Assembly: GCA_963709605.1 (NCBI GenBank)
Contig: CAVPWX010000006.1
Location: 9,110-73,109, forward strand
From: an uncultured Chloroflexia bacterium
GTDB lineage: Bacteria > Chloroflexota > Limnocylindria > Limnocylindrales > CSP1-4
Reading direction: 5' to 3'
Length of the DNA: 64,000 bases
Position 1 is the first letter of the stretch; each line of letters starts with the position of its first letter. Of this stretch, positions 45,855 to 55,390 are shown in pieces. Below the pieces are notes generated by a model. That model worked only from the letters and a program-made list of their open reading frames with translations. It did no database searches and had not been told where the DNA came from. The position numbers were made by a program, and so were the translations under genes.

Positions 45855-47459
45855 ATGACCGCCGTCCCGGACGCCACCGCCGTTCCCGAGCCCCGACCTG
45901 CGCCGTCGTCGATGCTCGCCGTCGAGATGCGGGGCATCGTCAAGCGCTTCCCCGGCGTCGTCGCCAACGACGGCGTCGACTTCGACGTGCGGGTCGGGGA
46001 GGTGCACGCCCTGCTCGGCGAGAACGGGGCCGGCAAGAGCACGCTCATGAACGTGCTCGACGGCCTCTATCGCCCCGAGGCCGGCGAGATCCGGGTCTTC
46101 GGGGAGCGGGTCGACCTGCGCTCCCCGCGCGACGCCATCGCCGCCGGCATCGGCATGGTCCACCAGCACTTCGCCCTCGTGCCGACCCAGACCGTCACCG
46201 AGAACGTGCTCCTGGGGCTCGACGAGCCGCGGTTCCGGATGGACATCGGCCGCTACGACGGCCGCATCGCCGAGCTCGCCGCCCGCCACGGCCTGACCGT
46301 GGACCCGCAGGCGCGCATCTGGCAGCTCTCGGTCGGCGAGCAGCAGCGCGTCGAGATCCTCAAGATGCTGTACCGAGGGGCCCGCATCCTCATCCTCGAC
46401 GAGCCCACCGCCGTCTTGGCCCCGCAGGAGGCGCAGGACCTCTTCCGGACGCTGCGCTCGATGGTCGCCGAGGGCACCTCGGTCGTCTTCATCAGCCACA
46501 AGCTCGCCGAGGTGGCCCAGATCGCCGATCGCATCACCGTGATGCGCCGCGGGAAGGTGACGGCGGCCGGCATCCCCGCGGCCGGCACGACGCCGGCCGA
46601 CCTCGCCGAGCGCATGGTGGGCCGCGACGTCGTGGAGACGATCGAGCGCAGCCCGTTCTCGCCAGGGCCGGTCGTCCTCAGCGTCCGGGCCGTCGACGCG
46701 CTCAGCGACCGCGGGCTGCCCGCGCTCCGCGGCGTCTCCCTCGATGTCCGGGCCGGTGAGATCCTCGGCGTCGCGGGCGTCGCCGGCAACGGCCAGTCGG
46801 AGCTGGCCCAGGCGCTGACCGGCCTGCGCCGCTGCAGCGCCGGGTCGATCACCGTCAACGGCGTCGACGTGACCAACCGCGACCCGCGCGAGGCCATCAG
46901 CCAGCACATCGCCCACGTGCCCGAGGACCGGACGGGGGTCGGGACCGCACCCGACCTCTCGATCGCCGACAACCTCATCATGAAGACCTACCGGGACGCC
47001 CCGATCGCGCGGCGGTTCTCGATCGACGCGGGCGCCGTCAAGCGGTTCGCGAACCGCCTCCGCGACGCGTACGCGATCGCCGCGCCGTCGGTGGAGACCG
47101 AGGCGCGCCTCCTCTCCGGCGGCAACCTCCAGCGGCTCATCCTGGCCCGCGAGATCGCATCGGAGCCGCGACTCCTCGTGGCCGTCCAGCCGACGCGCGG
47201 CCTCGACGTGGGAGCGATCACCACCGTCCACCGGCTCATCCTCGAGCAGCGAGAGGCGGGCTCGGCGACGATCCTCCTCAGCGAGGATCTCGACGAGGTG
47301 CTGGCGCTCTCGGACCGGATCGCCGTCATCTACGAGGGGCGGATCGTCGGCCTCTTCGACGCCGACGAGGCCGACGTGGCCGAGATCGGGCTCCTGATGA
47401 CCGGCGGCCGGTCGTCGCGGGCCACCGAGCCGGCCGACCCGACGAGGCTCGTCCCGTGA
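45855..47459 (+). CDS. ABC transporter ATP-binding protein with duplicated ATPase domains (RbsA/NupA-like)
   Basis: Two Walker A sites (GENGAGKST and GVAGNGQSE) and two signature/Walker B sets (LSVGEQQRVEI..LILDEPT and LSGGNLQRLIL..LVAVQPTRGLD). Confidence 0.9.
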   Translation: MTAVPDATAVPEPRPAPSSMLAVEMRGIVKRFPGVVANDGVDFDVRVGEVHALLGENGAGKSTLMNVLDGLYRPEAGEIRVFGERVDLRSPRDAIAAGIGMVHQHFALVPTQTVTENVLLGLDEPRFRMDIGRYDGRIAELAARHGLTVDPQARIWQLSVGEQQRVEILKMLYRGARILILDEPTAVLAPQEAQDLFRTLRSMVAEGTSVVFISHKLAEVAQIADRITVMRRGKVTAAGIPAAGTTPADLAERMVGRDVVETIERSPFSPGPVVLSVRAVDALSDRGLPALRGVSLDVRAGEILGVAGVAGNGQSELAQALTGLRRCSAGSITVNGVDVTNRDPREAISQHIAHVPEDRTGVGTAPDLSIADNLIMKTYRDAPIARRFSIDAGAVKRFANRLRDAYAIAAPSVETEARLLSGGNLQRLILAREIASEPRLLVAVQPTRGLDVGAITTVHRLILEQREAGSATILLSEDLDEVLALSDRIAVIYEGRIVGLFDADEADVAEIGLLMTGGRSSRATEPADPTRLVP

Positions 47460-48589
47460 CCGCCCAGGCGCCCGTCCGGCGGCCGGGACGCTCCCGGGTC
47501 GCCCTCCCCTGGGCGGTCCGCGCCGAGCGGCGGCTCGAGGTCCCGCGCTGGCTCCCCGTCGCTACGACGGTCGGCGCCGTCGCCGTCGCCCTCCTGATCG
47601 GCGGCGTGATCCTGGCCTTCGCCGGCGGTGACCCGCTCGCGATCTACGCGCACATCCTCCGCTCGTCCTTCGGCAGCCTCGGCGTCCTCTCCGACACGCT
47701 GGTGAAGGCGACCCCGCTCATCCTCACCGGCCTCGCCTGCGCCCTTGCGTTCCGGATGCGCCTGTGGAACATCGGGGCGGAGGGCCAGCTGCTCATGGGC
47801 GCCTGGGCTGCCTCCGCGATCGTGCTCATCCCCGTCGTTCCGGCCGGCACGCCGTCGATCGTCACGATCCCGCTCATGATGGTCGCGGCGATGCTCGCCG
47901 GCGGCGCCTACGGGGCGATCCCGGGGATCCTGAAGGCGGTGCGCGGGGTGAACGAGATCATCGTCACCCTGATGCTCAACTACATCGCCCTGCTCTGGAT
48001 CTCGTACTGGGTCTTCGGGCCGTGGAGCGAGGGCGGCTTCCAGCTCACGCCGCAGTTCCCGCGCGAGGCCTGGCTGCCGCGGCTCTCGGACTTCGCGGAG
48101 CAGGTCCCGGCCTTCTCGGGGCTGACCGTCCACCTCGGCCTCGTCTTCGGCCTGATCGCCGCCGTCCTCGTCCACTTCCTGCTCTACCGGAGCCGGCTGG
48201 GCTACGAGATCCGGCTCATCGGCGACAGCCCGCGCGCCGCGCGCTACGCCGGTGTCAACGTCGTCCGCAACACGATCATCGTGTTCGCGATCTCGGGAGC
48301 CCTCGCCGGCCTGGCCGGGATGAGCGAGGTGTCGGGCGTCGTGCATCGCCTCCAGCTCGCCATCTCGCCCGGCTACGGCTTCACCGCCGTCATCGTGGCC
48401 TACATCGCGAAGCTCAACCCCTACGGCGTCGTCGTGGCGGCGATCGCCTTCGGGGCCCTCATCCTCGCCGGCCGCGAGATCCAGCCGTCCGGGATCCCGG
48501 CGATGATCCAGGGGATCATCCTCTTCTGCCTCATCGCCAGCGAGGTCTTCCTCCGCTACCGCTTCCGGATCGAGCGGCGGGCCGCCTGA
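47456..48589 (+). CDS. ABC transporter permease (YufP/NupB-like, BPD family 2)
   Basis: Intact 377 aa, polytopic. Its start overlaps the ATPase stop (GTGA). Confidence 0.85.
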   Translation: MTAQAPVRRPGRSRVALPWAVRAERRLEVPRWLPVATTVGAVAVALLIGGVILAFAGGDPLAIYAHILRSSFGSLGVLSDTLVKATPLILTGLACALAFRMRLWNIGAEGQLLMGAWAASAIVLIPVVPAGTPSIVTIPLMMVAAMLAGGAYGAIPGILKAVRGVNEIIVTLMLNYIALLWISYWVFGPWSEGGFQLTPQFPREAWLPRLSDFAEQVPAFSGLTVHLGLVFGLIAAVLVHFLLYRSRLGYEIRLIGDSPRAARYAGVNVVRNTIIVFAISGALAGLAGMSEVSGVVHRLQLAISPGYGFTAVIVAYIAKLNPYGVVVAAIAFGALILAGREIQPSGIPAMIQGIILFCLIASEVFLRYRFRIERRAA

Positions 48590-49557
48590 TGGACCCCACG
48601 ATCATCCTCAACGCGGGCGTCGCCACGGGGACGGTCCTGCTCTTCGCCGCGCTCGGCGAGATCTTCGCCGAGCGGGCCGGCGTCCTCAACCTCGGTGTCG
48701 AGGGGATGATGCTCATGGGCGCGGTCGTCGCCTTCGCCACCGCCGTCGGCACCGGCAACCCCTGGCTGGGGCTCGTCCTGGGGATGCTGGCCGGGGGCTT
48801 CCTCTCGTTGCTCCACGCCGTGATCACGATCAGCTTCCAGGCCGAGCAGGTGGTCTCCGGCCTCGCCCTCACGTTCCTCGGCAGCGGTCTCGCCCGCGTC
48901 CTCGGGGAGGAGCTGAGCAAGGCCGGCGCGATCGCCCTGATCCCGACCGCCTCGATCCCCGGGCTGTCCGCGGTGCCGGTGATCGGCCCCATCTTCTTCA
49001 CGAACCAGAGCATCCTCGTCTACGTGGGCTTCCTCCTCGTCCCTGCCGCGTGGTACTGGATCAACCGGACGCGCCCGGGCCTCCACCTCCGCGCGGTCGG
49101 CGAGAGCCCGACGGCCGCCGACACGCTCGGCGTCGACGTCTACCGGCTCCGCTACGCGTACGTGTTCGTCGGCGGCCTCTTCGCCGGCCTCGGCGGGGCG
49201 ACGATCACCCTCGCCATCTCGCCCGGCTGGTTCAGCGACCTCACGACGGGCGGCGCCGGCTGGATCGCGATCGCGATCGTGATCTTCGCCCGCTGGAACC
49301 CGGTCTGGGCAGCCGTGGGGGCCTATGCCTTCGGCGCGATCCGGCGGATGATCATCGACCTCCAGGGTCCCGAGACGCTGTTCGGCTTCCCGAACCCGTT
49401 CTTCGAGGACCATACCCTCACGTTCTTCCTGCAGATGCTCCCCTACGTCCTGGTCATCGTCGTCCTCATCGCCGTCTCGGGCGAGGCCCTCCGCAAGCGA
49501 GTCGGGGCGCCGGCCGCGCTGGGCATCCCGTACGTGCGCGGCGAGCGAGGGGCATAG
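48589..49557 (+). CDS. ABC transporter permease (YufQ/NupC-like)
   Basis: 322 aa starting MDPTIILNAGVATGTVLLFAALGEIFAERAGVLNLGVEGMMLMG.., with an ATGA-type overlap to the upstream stop. The listed ORF start at 47764 is shadow sequence. Confidence 0.85.
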   Translation: MDPTIILNAGVATGTVLLFAALGEIFAERAGVLNLGVEGMMLMGAVVAFATAVGTGNPWLGLVLGMLAGGFLSLLHAVITISFQAEQVVSGLALTFLGSGLARVLGEELSKAGAIALIPTASIPGLSAVPVIGPIFFTNQSILVYVGFLLVPAAWYWINRTRPGLHLRAVGESPTAADTLGVDVYRLRYAYVFVGGLFAGLGGATITLAISPGWFSDLTTGGAGWIAIAIVIFARWNPVWAAVGAYAFGAIRRMIIDLQGPETLFGFPNPFFEDHTLTFFLQMLPYVLVIVVLIAVSGEALRKRVGAPAALGIPYVRGERGA

Positions 49558-49638
49558 GGCAGAGGGCGGCACCCGGCGCGGGAGTGGCGGGGCCCGGCCG
49601 CGGGCGGCGGGCCGGACGGAGGCCAGGGCGCGCAGCCT

Positions 49639-50064
49639 TCAGGCGCCCTCGTCGACATCGGGTCCCAGCAGCTCCATCTGGACGAAGCCGCTCGTGTCGA
49701 AGGCGAGCTGCTCCGGCTCCCGCGACGCTCCCTCGGCGAGAGGGGCGAACTCCAGCACGACGCGCTCGTCGCCCTCCACCAGGGCGTAGACGATGAGCTG
49801 GTCGGGCCGGGTCTCGAACTCGAGGTGCTCGAACGAGTCGACGTTGAGGCAGACCGAGACCGGCGTGAAGTAGGACGACGTCTCCGGCTCGTCGACGACG
49901 ACGCGCTCGACCCAGCCGCTCCCCGCCGCCACGAGCTCGCGGCCCCGGTAGTAGCGGTACGACACGGTCTGCTTGAGGAGGGGCCGCAGCAGGTTGAAGA
50001 TGTCCGCCCGGGACGACACGATGCCGCTGTTCACGAAGAACTTCACCGGGGTCGGGCGCGCCAT
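49639..50064 (-). CDS. Hypothetical protein (141 aa), no family recognised
   Basis: The sequence is MARPTPVKFFVNSGIVSSRADIFNLLRPLLKQTVSYRYYRGRELVAAGSGWVERVVVDEPETSSYF..LEFETRPDQLIVYALVEGDERVVLEF... The composition is balanced and looks globular. It is divergent from coaX. Confidence 0.6.
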   Translation of the reverse strand: MARPTPVKFFVNSGIVSSRADIFNLLRPLLKQTVSYRYYRGRELVAAGSGWVERVVVDEPETSSYFTPVSVCLNVDSFEHLEFETRPDQLIVYALVEGDERVVLEFAPLAEGASREPEQLAFDTSGFVQMELLGPDVDEGA

Positions 50065-50260
50065 CGGGGAACCTCCTGCGCGGGTCGGCTCGGGAGACGG
50101 TGCGATCGAGCCGGGGCCGCCGGGGACCGCACCGCCAGGCGCGACACGCGGATCGTAGCGCACGGCAGAGGGCCCGGGCAGGCGGTCCCGGGTTGCGAAA
50201 GGGGACGGCCGGAGGCCCGGACGGCACCCCGGCCGTCAGGAGGCGGCCTATCATCGCCAC

Positions 50261-51058
50261 ATGCTCCTCGTCATCGACGTCGGCAACACGAACACCCGCC
50301 TGGGGACGGCGCGGGACGGTGCGCTCGGCGCCACGCGGCGCGCCGCGACCGTCGCCGGCGTCACCCCCGACGAGCTGGAGCTCCTGCTCGAGGGGCTCCT
50401 CGGCCTCGACGGGCAGCGCCTCGCCGACGCGAGGGCGATCGCGCTTGCGTCCACCGTGCCGGCGATCGTGGGCGCGGTGGAGGAGGTCGCCGCCCGGCAC
50501 ACGATCCCCTGCCTGGTCGCGTCGGCGGGGACGGTGCCCATGCCCGTCCGCGTGGAGCGACCCGGCGACCTCGGGCCGGACCGCCTCGTCAACGCCTACG
50601 CGGCTGCGCACCTCTACGGCACGCCGGCCGTGGTCGTCGACTGCGGCACGGCCACGACGCTCGACGCCGTCGACCACGCGGGGGTCTTCGTCGGCGGGGC
50701 GATCGCGCCCGGGCTGGTCCTCGGCCTCGAGGCGCTGGCCGCCCGGACGGCACGCCTGCCGCGGGTCGAGCCCCGCCTCCCCGACGGCCCGATCGGGCGC
50801 GACACGGCGAGCGCGATCCGCGCCGGGTCCGTGCTCGGCCACCGGGCCATGATCGAGGGGCTCCTGGCCCGGATGCGCCGCGAGCTCGCGGCGGGGGCAG
50901 GCTCCTCCCCCCACGACGTGCGCGTCGTGCTGACCGGTGGCCTGGCGAGCCTGCCCTGGGCCAGGACGGTCGAGGGCGTCGACGCGATCGACCCCGACCT
51001 GACCCTCCACGGCCTCGTCCTCTTCGGGCGGGCCGTCACCGGCTCCGAGGGGGGCTGA
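50261..51058 (+). CDS. coaX: Type III pantothenate kinase
   Basis: The sequence shows MLLVIDVGNTNTRLG.. (ASKHA phosphate-1), VVVDCGTATTLD and GPIGRDTASAIRAGS. Confidence 0.92.
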   Translation: MLLVIDVGNTNTRLGTARDGALGATRRAATVAGVTPDELELLLEGLLGLDGQRLADARAIALASTVPAIVGAVEEVAARHTIPCLVASAGTVPMPVRVERPGDLGPDRLVNAYAAAHLYGTPAVVVDCGTATTLDAVDHAGVFVGGAIAPGLVLGLEALAARTARLPRVEPRLPDGPIGRDTASAIRAGSVLGHRAMIEGLLARMRRELAAGAGSSPHDVRVVLTGGLASLPWARTVEGVDAIDPDLTLHGLVLFGRAVTGSEGG

Positions 51059-51061
51059 GTC

Positions 51062-52486
51062 GTGACGGGACGGCTGGCTGGCCGGTTCATCGGCCTGGGG
51101 ATCACCGGCTCGATCGCGGCCTTCAAGGCCGTCGACCTGCTGCGCCTCCTGCGGGCCGAGGGAGCCGAGGTCCAGGTCCTCATGACGCCGTCGGCCACCC
51201 GCTTCGTGGCGCCCCTGACCCTGGCAGCCCTCTCCCGGCGGCACGTCGACGCGGAGGTGCTCGACCTCCTCCCCGACGGCCGCATCGGCCACGTCCTGAC
51301 TGCCGACGCCGCCGACGCCATCCTCGTCGCGCCGGCGACGGCGCACTGGCTCGGCGCGATGGCGCACGGCCTCGCCGCCGACGTGGTGACGGCGACCTGC
51401 CTGGCGACCGCGGCGCCGGTCGTGGTGGCTCCCGCGATGGACGGCGACATGTACGCCCACCCGGCCACGCAGGCCAACGTCGCCATCCTCCGCGACCGCT
51501 TCGCGTACGCGATCGTCGAGCCGGAGAGCGGGCCGCTCGCCTCGGGGCAGGTGGGGCCCGGCCGCCTCGCCGACCTCGGCGCGATCGTCGACGCCGTGAT
51601 CGCCGCGATCGGCGACCGGCCGATCCGCAAGCCGGACGACGCGGACCGGACGCCTCGCCTGGCCCCGCCGACCGCCGACGGGCTGGCCCGGGACGGTGAC
51701 GACCTCGTCGGCCGCCACGTCGTCGTCACGGCGGGAGGGACGGCGGAGCCGATCGACCCGGTCCGCTTCATCGGCAACCGCAGCACCGGCACGATGGGCG
51801 TCGCCATCGCCGAGGCCGCCCGGGACCGCGGGGCCCGGGTCACGCTCGTGGCCGCCATGGTCAGCGTGCCGCTCCCCGAGGGCGTGGAGGTGATCCGCGC
51901 CGAGACCGCGGCGGCGATGCGGGCCGCCCTCGGCCGCCTGCTCGCCGAGGCCGCCGGACGCCCCGGCTTCGACGCCCTCGTGATGGCGGCGGCCGTCGCC
52001 GACTTCCGTCCGTCCGCCCCGACGGACCGTAAGCTGCCTCGAACGGACGCGGGCCTGACCCTCGATCTCGTCGCCAACCCGGACATCCTGGCGGAGGTCG
52101 GCCGCCTCGTCCGCGGCCTCGCCGACGACGGGACCCCGACCCGCCGGCCGGCCTCCCCCCGCCCTGTGCTCGTCGGCTTCGCGGCGGAGACCGGGGACCT
52201 CTCGCGGGCCGCCGCCAAGCTCGCCCGCAAGCGCGTCGACTTCCTCGTCGCCAACGACGTCGCCGAGGAGGGCTCCGGATTCGGGACACCGACGAACCGG
52301 GTCACCATCCTGGCCGCCGACGGGACCACGGACGCGCTGCCGCTCCTGCCGAAGCGCGAGGTCGCCGAGCGGATCCTCGACCGGGTCGTCGGTGCGCTGG
52401 ACGCCCGCGACGTCGCGCTGGACGCCCACGACGCCGCGGCGCAGACTGGCGCGGACGAGCACCCGCAGGAGACCCGCCTTTCGTGA
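51062..52486 (+). CDS. coaBC: Bifunctional phosphopantothenoylcysteine decarboxylase / phosphopantothenate-cysteine ligase
   Basis: The flavoprotein N-domain shows GITGSIAAFKAVDLLRLL, PATAHWLG and APAMDGDMY. The CoaB C-domain shows VVVTAGGTAEPIDPVRFIGNRSTGTMG, AAAVADFRP and ANDV. GTG start. Confidence 0.92.
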   Translation: MTGRLAGRFIGLGITGSIAAFKAVDLLRLLRAEGAEVQVLMTPSATRFVAPLTLAALSRRHVDAEVLDLLPDGRIGHVLTADAADAILVAPATAHWLGAMAHGLAADVVTATCLATAAPVVVAPAMDGDMYAHPATQANVAILRDRFAYAIVEPESGPLASGQVGPGRLADLGAIVDAVIAAIGDRPIRKPDDADRTPRLAPPTADGLARDGDDLVGRHVVVTAGGTAEPIDPVRFIGNRSTGTMGVAIAEAARDRGARVTLVAAMVSVPLPEGVEVIRAETAAAMRAALGRLLAEAAGRPGFDALVMAAAVADFRPSAPTDRKLPRTDAGLTLDLVANPDILAEVGRLVRGLADDGTPTRRPASPRPVLVGFAAETGDLSRAAAKLARKRVDFLVANDVAEEGSGFGTPTNRVTILAADGTTDALPLLPKREVAERILDRVVGALDARDVALDAHDAAAQTGADEHPQETRLS

Positions 52487-53418
52487 GCTCAAGCCCTGCC
52501 GCCCCCGCGCGGATCACGGTCCTCGACATCGCCCGGATGCACGCCGACGGCGAGCGGATTGCGATGCTCACCGCCTACGACTTCCCGACGGCGCAGCTCG
52601 TCGACGAGGCCGGCATCCCGGCGGTCCTCGTCGGCGACTCGCTCGGCCAGGTCCTGCTGGGGTACGAGACGACCGTCCGGGTGACGATGGAGGAGATGCT
52701 CCACCACGCCAAGGCCGTCGTCCGCGGGACACGACGGGCGATGGTCGTCGGCGACATGCCGTTCCTCTCCTACTCCACGCCCGAGGACGCCCTCGCGAAC
52801 GCCGGGCGCTTCCTTCGCGAGGCAGGCGCCCAGGCGGTCAAGATCGAGGGCGGGGTACGGGCGGCGCGGATCATCGAGGCGCTGGTCAAGGCCGGGATCC
52901 CGGTCATGGCCCACATCGGCCTGACGCCGCAGGCGATCAACGCCCTGGGCAAGGTGCGGGTCCAGGGCAAGAGCCGCGAGCAGGCCCGGGCCCTCGTGCA
53001 CGATGCTCTCGCGGTCCAGGAGGCGGGCGCCTTCGCGGTCGTGCTGGAGCTCGTCCCGTCCCAGCTGGCTGCCGCGATCACCGCCCGCCTGCGGATCCCG
53101 ACGATCGGGATCGGCGCCGGCGCGGGCTGCTCCGGGCAGATCCAGGTCATCACCGACGTCCTGGGCCTGGGCTCGTTCGTGCCTCGACATGCGCGGCCCT
53201 TCGCCGACCTGCGGGGGACCATCCTGGCCGCGGCATCGGCGTACCGGGCGGAGGTGGAGGCGGGCACGTTCCCCGGCGAGGAGCAGGCCACCCGGATGGA
53301 CGACGCCGTCCTCGACAAGGTGCTGGGGCGGCTCCCGGCTGATCGCGGCGGCACCGAGGGCCGCGGCGGCACGGAGAGCTCCGTCACGGGCGGGATCCCC
53401 CTCGACCACGACCTGTGA
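52483..53418 (+). CDS. panB: 3-methyl-2-oxobutanoate hydroxymethyltransferase
   Basis: The sequence shows IAMLTAYDFPTAQLVDEAGIPAVLVGDSLG, VVGDMPFLSY, AVKIEGG and MAHIGLTPQ. The GTG start overlaps the coaBC stop (GTGA). Confidence 0.93.
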   Translation: MSSSPAAPARITVLDIARMHADGERIAMLTAYDFPTAQLVDEAGIPAVLVGDSLGQVLLGYETTVRVTMEEMLHHAKAVVRGTRRAMVVGDMPFLSYSTPEDALANAGRFLREAGAQAVKIEGGVRAARIIEALVKAGIPVMAHIGLTPQAINALGKVRVQGKSREQARALVHDALAVQEAGAFAVVLELVPSQLAAAITARLRIPTIGIGAGAGCSGQIQVITDVLGLGSFVPRHARPFADLRGTILAAASAYRAEVEAGTFPGEEQATRMDDAVLDKVLGRLPADRGGTEGRGGTESSVTGGIPLDHDL

Positions 53419-54281
53419 CCGGGGAGGTCGGGCGGCCGGGAGCCAGCGAGCTCGTGGTCGTTCGCAACCGGGCCGAGCTGGCGGCTGCCCTCGCACGGGC
53501 GCCGCGGCCGCTGGGGCTGGTCCCGACCATGGGCTGGCTGCACGCGGGGCACCGCTCGCTGATCACCCGCGCGCGCACGGAGTGCGCGACGGTGGCCGTC
53601 TCCATCTTCGTCAACCCCCGCCAGTTCGGGAGCCGGGCCGACCTGGCGAAGTATCCCCGCAGCGAGGCTCGCGATCTCGCGATCTGCGCCGAGGAGGGCG
53701 TCGATCTCGTCTGGGCCCCCGGGGTGGACGACGTCTACCCGGCCGGCTTCGACACGACGGTCCGGGTCGGCGCCGTCGCGGCACCCCTCGAGGGTGCCGC
53801 CCGGCCCGGGCACTTCGAGGGGGTGGCGACGGTGGTGGCCGTCCTTTTCGGCGTCGTCCGGCCCGACCGCGCGTACTTCGGGATGAAGGACGCCCAGCAG
53901 CTCCGGGTCATCGCCCGGATGGCGACGGACCTCGCCCTCACGACGGTCGTCCCCTGCCCCACCGTGCGCGAGCCCGACGGCCTCGCGATGAGCTCGCGCA
54001 ACGTCCATCTCTCGCCCGCCGAGCGGGCGGCGGCGGCGGTGCTACACCGCGCCCTTGCCGCCGGACGGGCCCGCTGGGAAGCGGGCGAGCGCGACGCCGG
54101 CGCGATCCGGGACGCCGTGCGGGCCACCCTCGCCGGCGAGCCGCTGGCCGGCGTCGAGTACGTGTCACTGGCGGACGACGTGACGCTGGCGGAGCTCGAC
54201 CGGGTCGAGGGGCCGGCGCTCCTGTCGCTGGCCGTGCGCTTCGGGTCGACCCGCCTGATCGACAATGTCGCCCTCGGTTGA
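53415..54281 (+). CDS. panC: Pantoate-beta-alanine ligase
   Basis: The sequence shows LGLVPTMGWLHAGHRSLI, VSIFVNPRQF, FGMKDAQQL and MSSRN. The GTG start overlaps the panB stop (GTGA). Confidence 0.93.
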   Translation: MTGEVGRPGASELVVVRNRAELAAALARAPRPLGLVPTMGWLHAGHRSLITRARTECATVAVSIFVNPRQFGSRADLAKYPRSEARDLAICAEEGVDLVWAPGVDDVYPAGFDTTVRVGAVAAPLEGAARPGHFEGVATVVAVLFGVVRPDRAYFGMKDAQQLRVIARMATDLALTTVVPCPTVREPDGLAMSSRNVHLSPAERAAAAVLHRALAAGRARWEAGERDAGAIRDAVRATLAGEPLAGVEYVSLADDVTLAELDRVEGPALLSLAVRFGSTRLIDNVALG

Positions 54282-55326
54282 CCCGGGGCTCCGAGGGCTC
54301 GCCTGCGTCCCGTTCACCGCGGAGCACGTGCCGGCCGCTGCCGCCGCGGCGGCCGCGGCGGCCGCCCGCCTGCACGCCCGGATCCCGACCGTCCCGGCGC
54401 GCTGGTCCGACCCGGCGGAGCACGTCCCGCTCCTCGAGGCGCTCGCCCGGGACGGGTCCGGATCGGTGGCCCTCCGGGACGGCTCGTACGCCGGGCATCA
54501 CGCCGCGTGGCACCTCGCCGGCAGGGGCGAGCCGCGGACATACACGCCGGAGCCGGGACTCGCCGTCGCCCCGGGCGTCGCGCCCCGGGCTGCGCGGCGG
54601 GTCGTGGAGGAGCTCGTCGCCCGGGCTGGCCGCTCGTGGGTCGAGCGAGGCCTGCGAAGCCATGCCGTCTCGGTCGCGATCGACGAGGCGGTCGTTCGCG
54701 ACGCCCTGGTCTGGCTCGGCTACGGGATGATCGTCGTTGACGCAGTCCGGCCTCTTGACGACGCGGCGCTCGCGGCCCTCCCGGCGGCGCCGCCCGCCGG
54801 GGTCCGGATCCGGCGCGCCGGCCCGGACGATCTTGCGGCAGTGCTGGAGCTGGACCGCGGGCTGCGCCGCCACCTCGTCGCCGCTCCGACGTTCCTCGTG
54901 CTCGCCAACCGGCAGGATCCCGCCACGGTCGCGAAACGCCTGGCCGATCCCGCCACGGCCACCTTCCTGGCCGATGAAGCCGGGGTGCCCGTGGCGTTCC
55001 TCCGGGTCGGCCCCCCGGGCGACGACATCGCGACGCTGGTGCGCGACGCCGGCACGGCCAGCATCGACGGCGCGTTCACCCGGGAGGACCAACGCGGCGG
55101 CGGGGTGGCCGCGGCGCTCCTGGGTGCCGCGGCGCGGTGGGCTCGCGACCGCGATGCCGTCCGGCTCGGCGCCGACTTCGAATCCGCCAACCTGCTGGCC
55201 GTCCGCTTCTGGACGCGCTGGTTCACCCCGGTCGTGGTGGCGTACCTGCGGCGGCTGCACCCGGCCGCGGGCACGCCCGACGCCTCGCCGGACCCCGAGG
55301 ACCTCCCGGGAACCGTCACGCTCTGA
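54265..55326 (+). CDS. GNAT-family N-acetyltransferase-like protein (apparently two GNAT-like halves)
   Basis: 353 aa. The C-terminal half shows IRRAGPDDLAAVLELD.., FTREDQRGGGVAAALLGAAARWARD (motif A-like R/Q-x-x-G-x-G/A) and ESANLLAVRFWTRWFTP. It overlaps the panC end by 17 nt. Confidence 0.6.
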   Translation: MSPSVDPGLRGLACVPFTAEHVPAAAAAAAAAAARLHARIPTVPARWSDPAEHVPLLEALARDGSGSVALRDGSYAGHHAAWHLAGRGEPRTYTPEPGLAVAPGVAPRAARRVVEELVARAGRSWVERGLRSHAVSVAIDEAVVRDALVWLGYGMIVVDAVRPLDDAALAALPAAPPAGVRIRRAGPDDLAAVLELDRGLRRHLVAAPTFLVLANRQDPATVAKRLADPATATFLADEAGVPVAFLRVGPPGDDIATLVRDAGTASIDGAFTREDQRGGGVAAALLGAAARWARDRDAVRLGADFESANLLAVRFWTRWFTPVVVAYLRRLHPAAGTPDASPDPEDLPGTVTL

Positions 55327-55390
55327 CCGCCGTCACGGCCCCGAGACGCGGACCGAGCCATCCCCGCGTCCGAGCACGGGGGTCCTCCCG

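Noticed and set aside
44226-47231. N-terminal ~1000 codons of the 1426-aa minus-strand ORF that ends as the M16 peptidase
   Set aside because: The peptidase begins at MFERTALPDG (44225). The upstream part is antisense shadow of the BMP lipoprotein and ABC ATPase genes.
49466-52492. 1008-aa minus-strand ORF across coaX and coaBC. Also the 703-aa ORF 61854..63965 across both degV genes, the 808-aa extension of serS (to 21958) and the 596-aa extension of deoR (to 32764).
   Set aside because: All are Arg/Pro/Gly-rich, overlap well-supported genes in another frame or strand, and have better internal starts with SD sequences or coupling overlaps.
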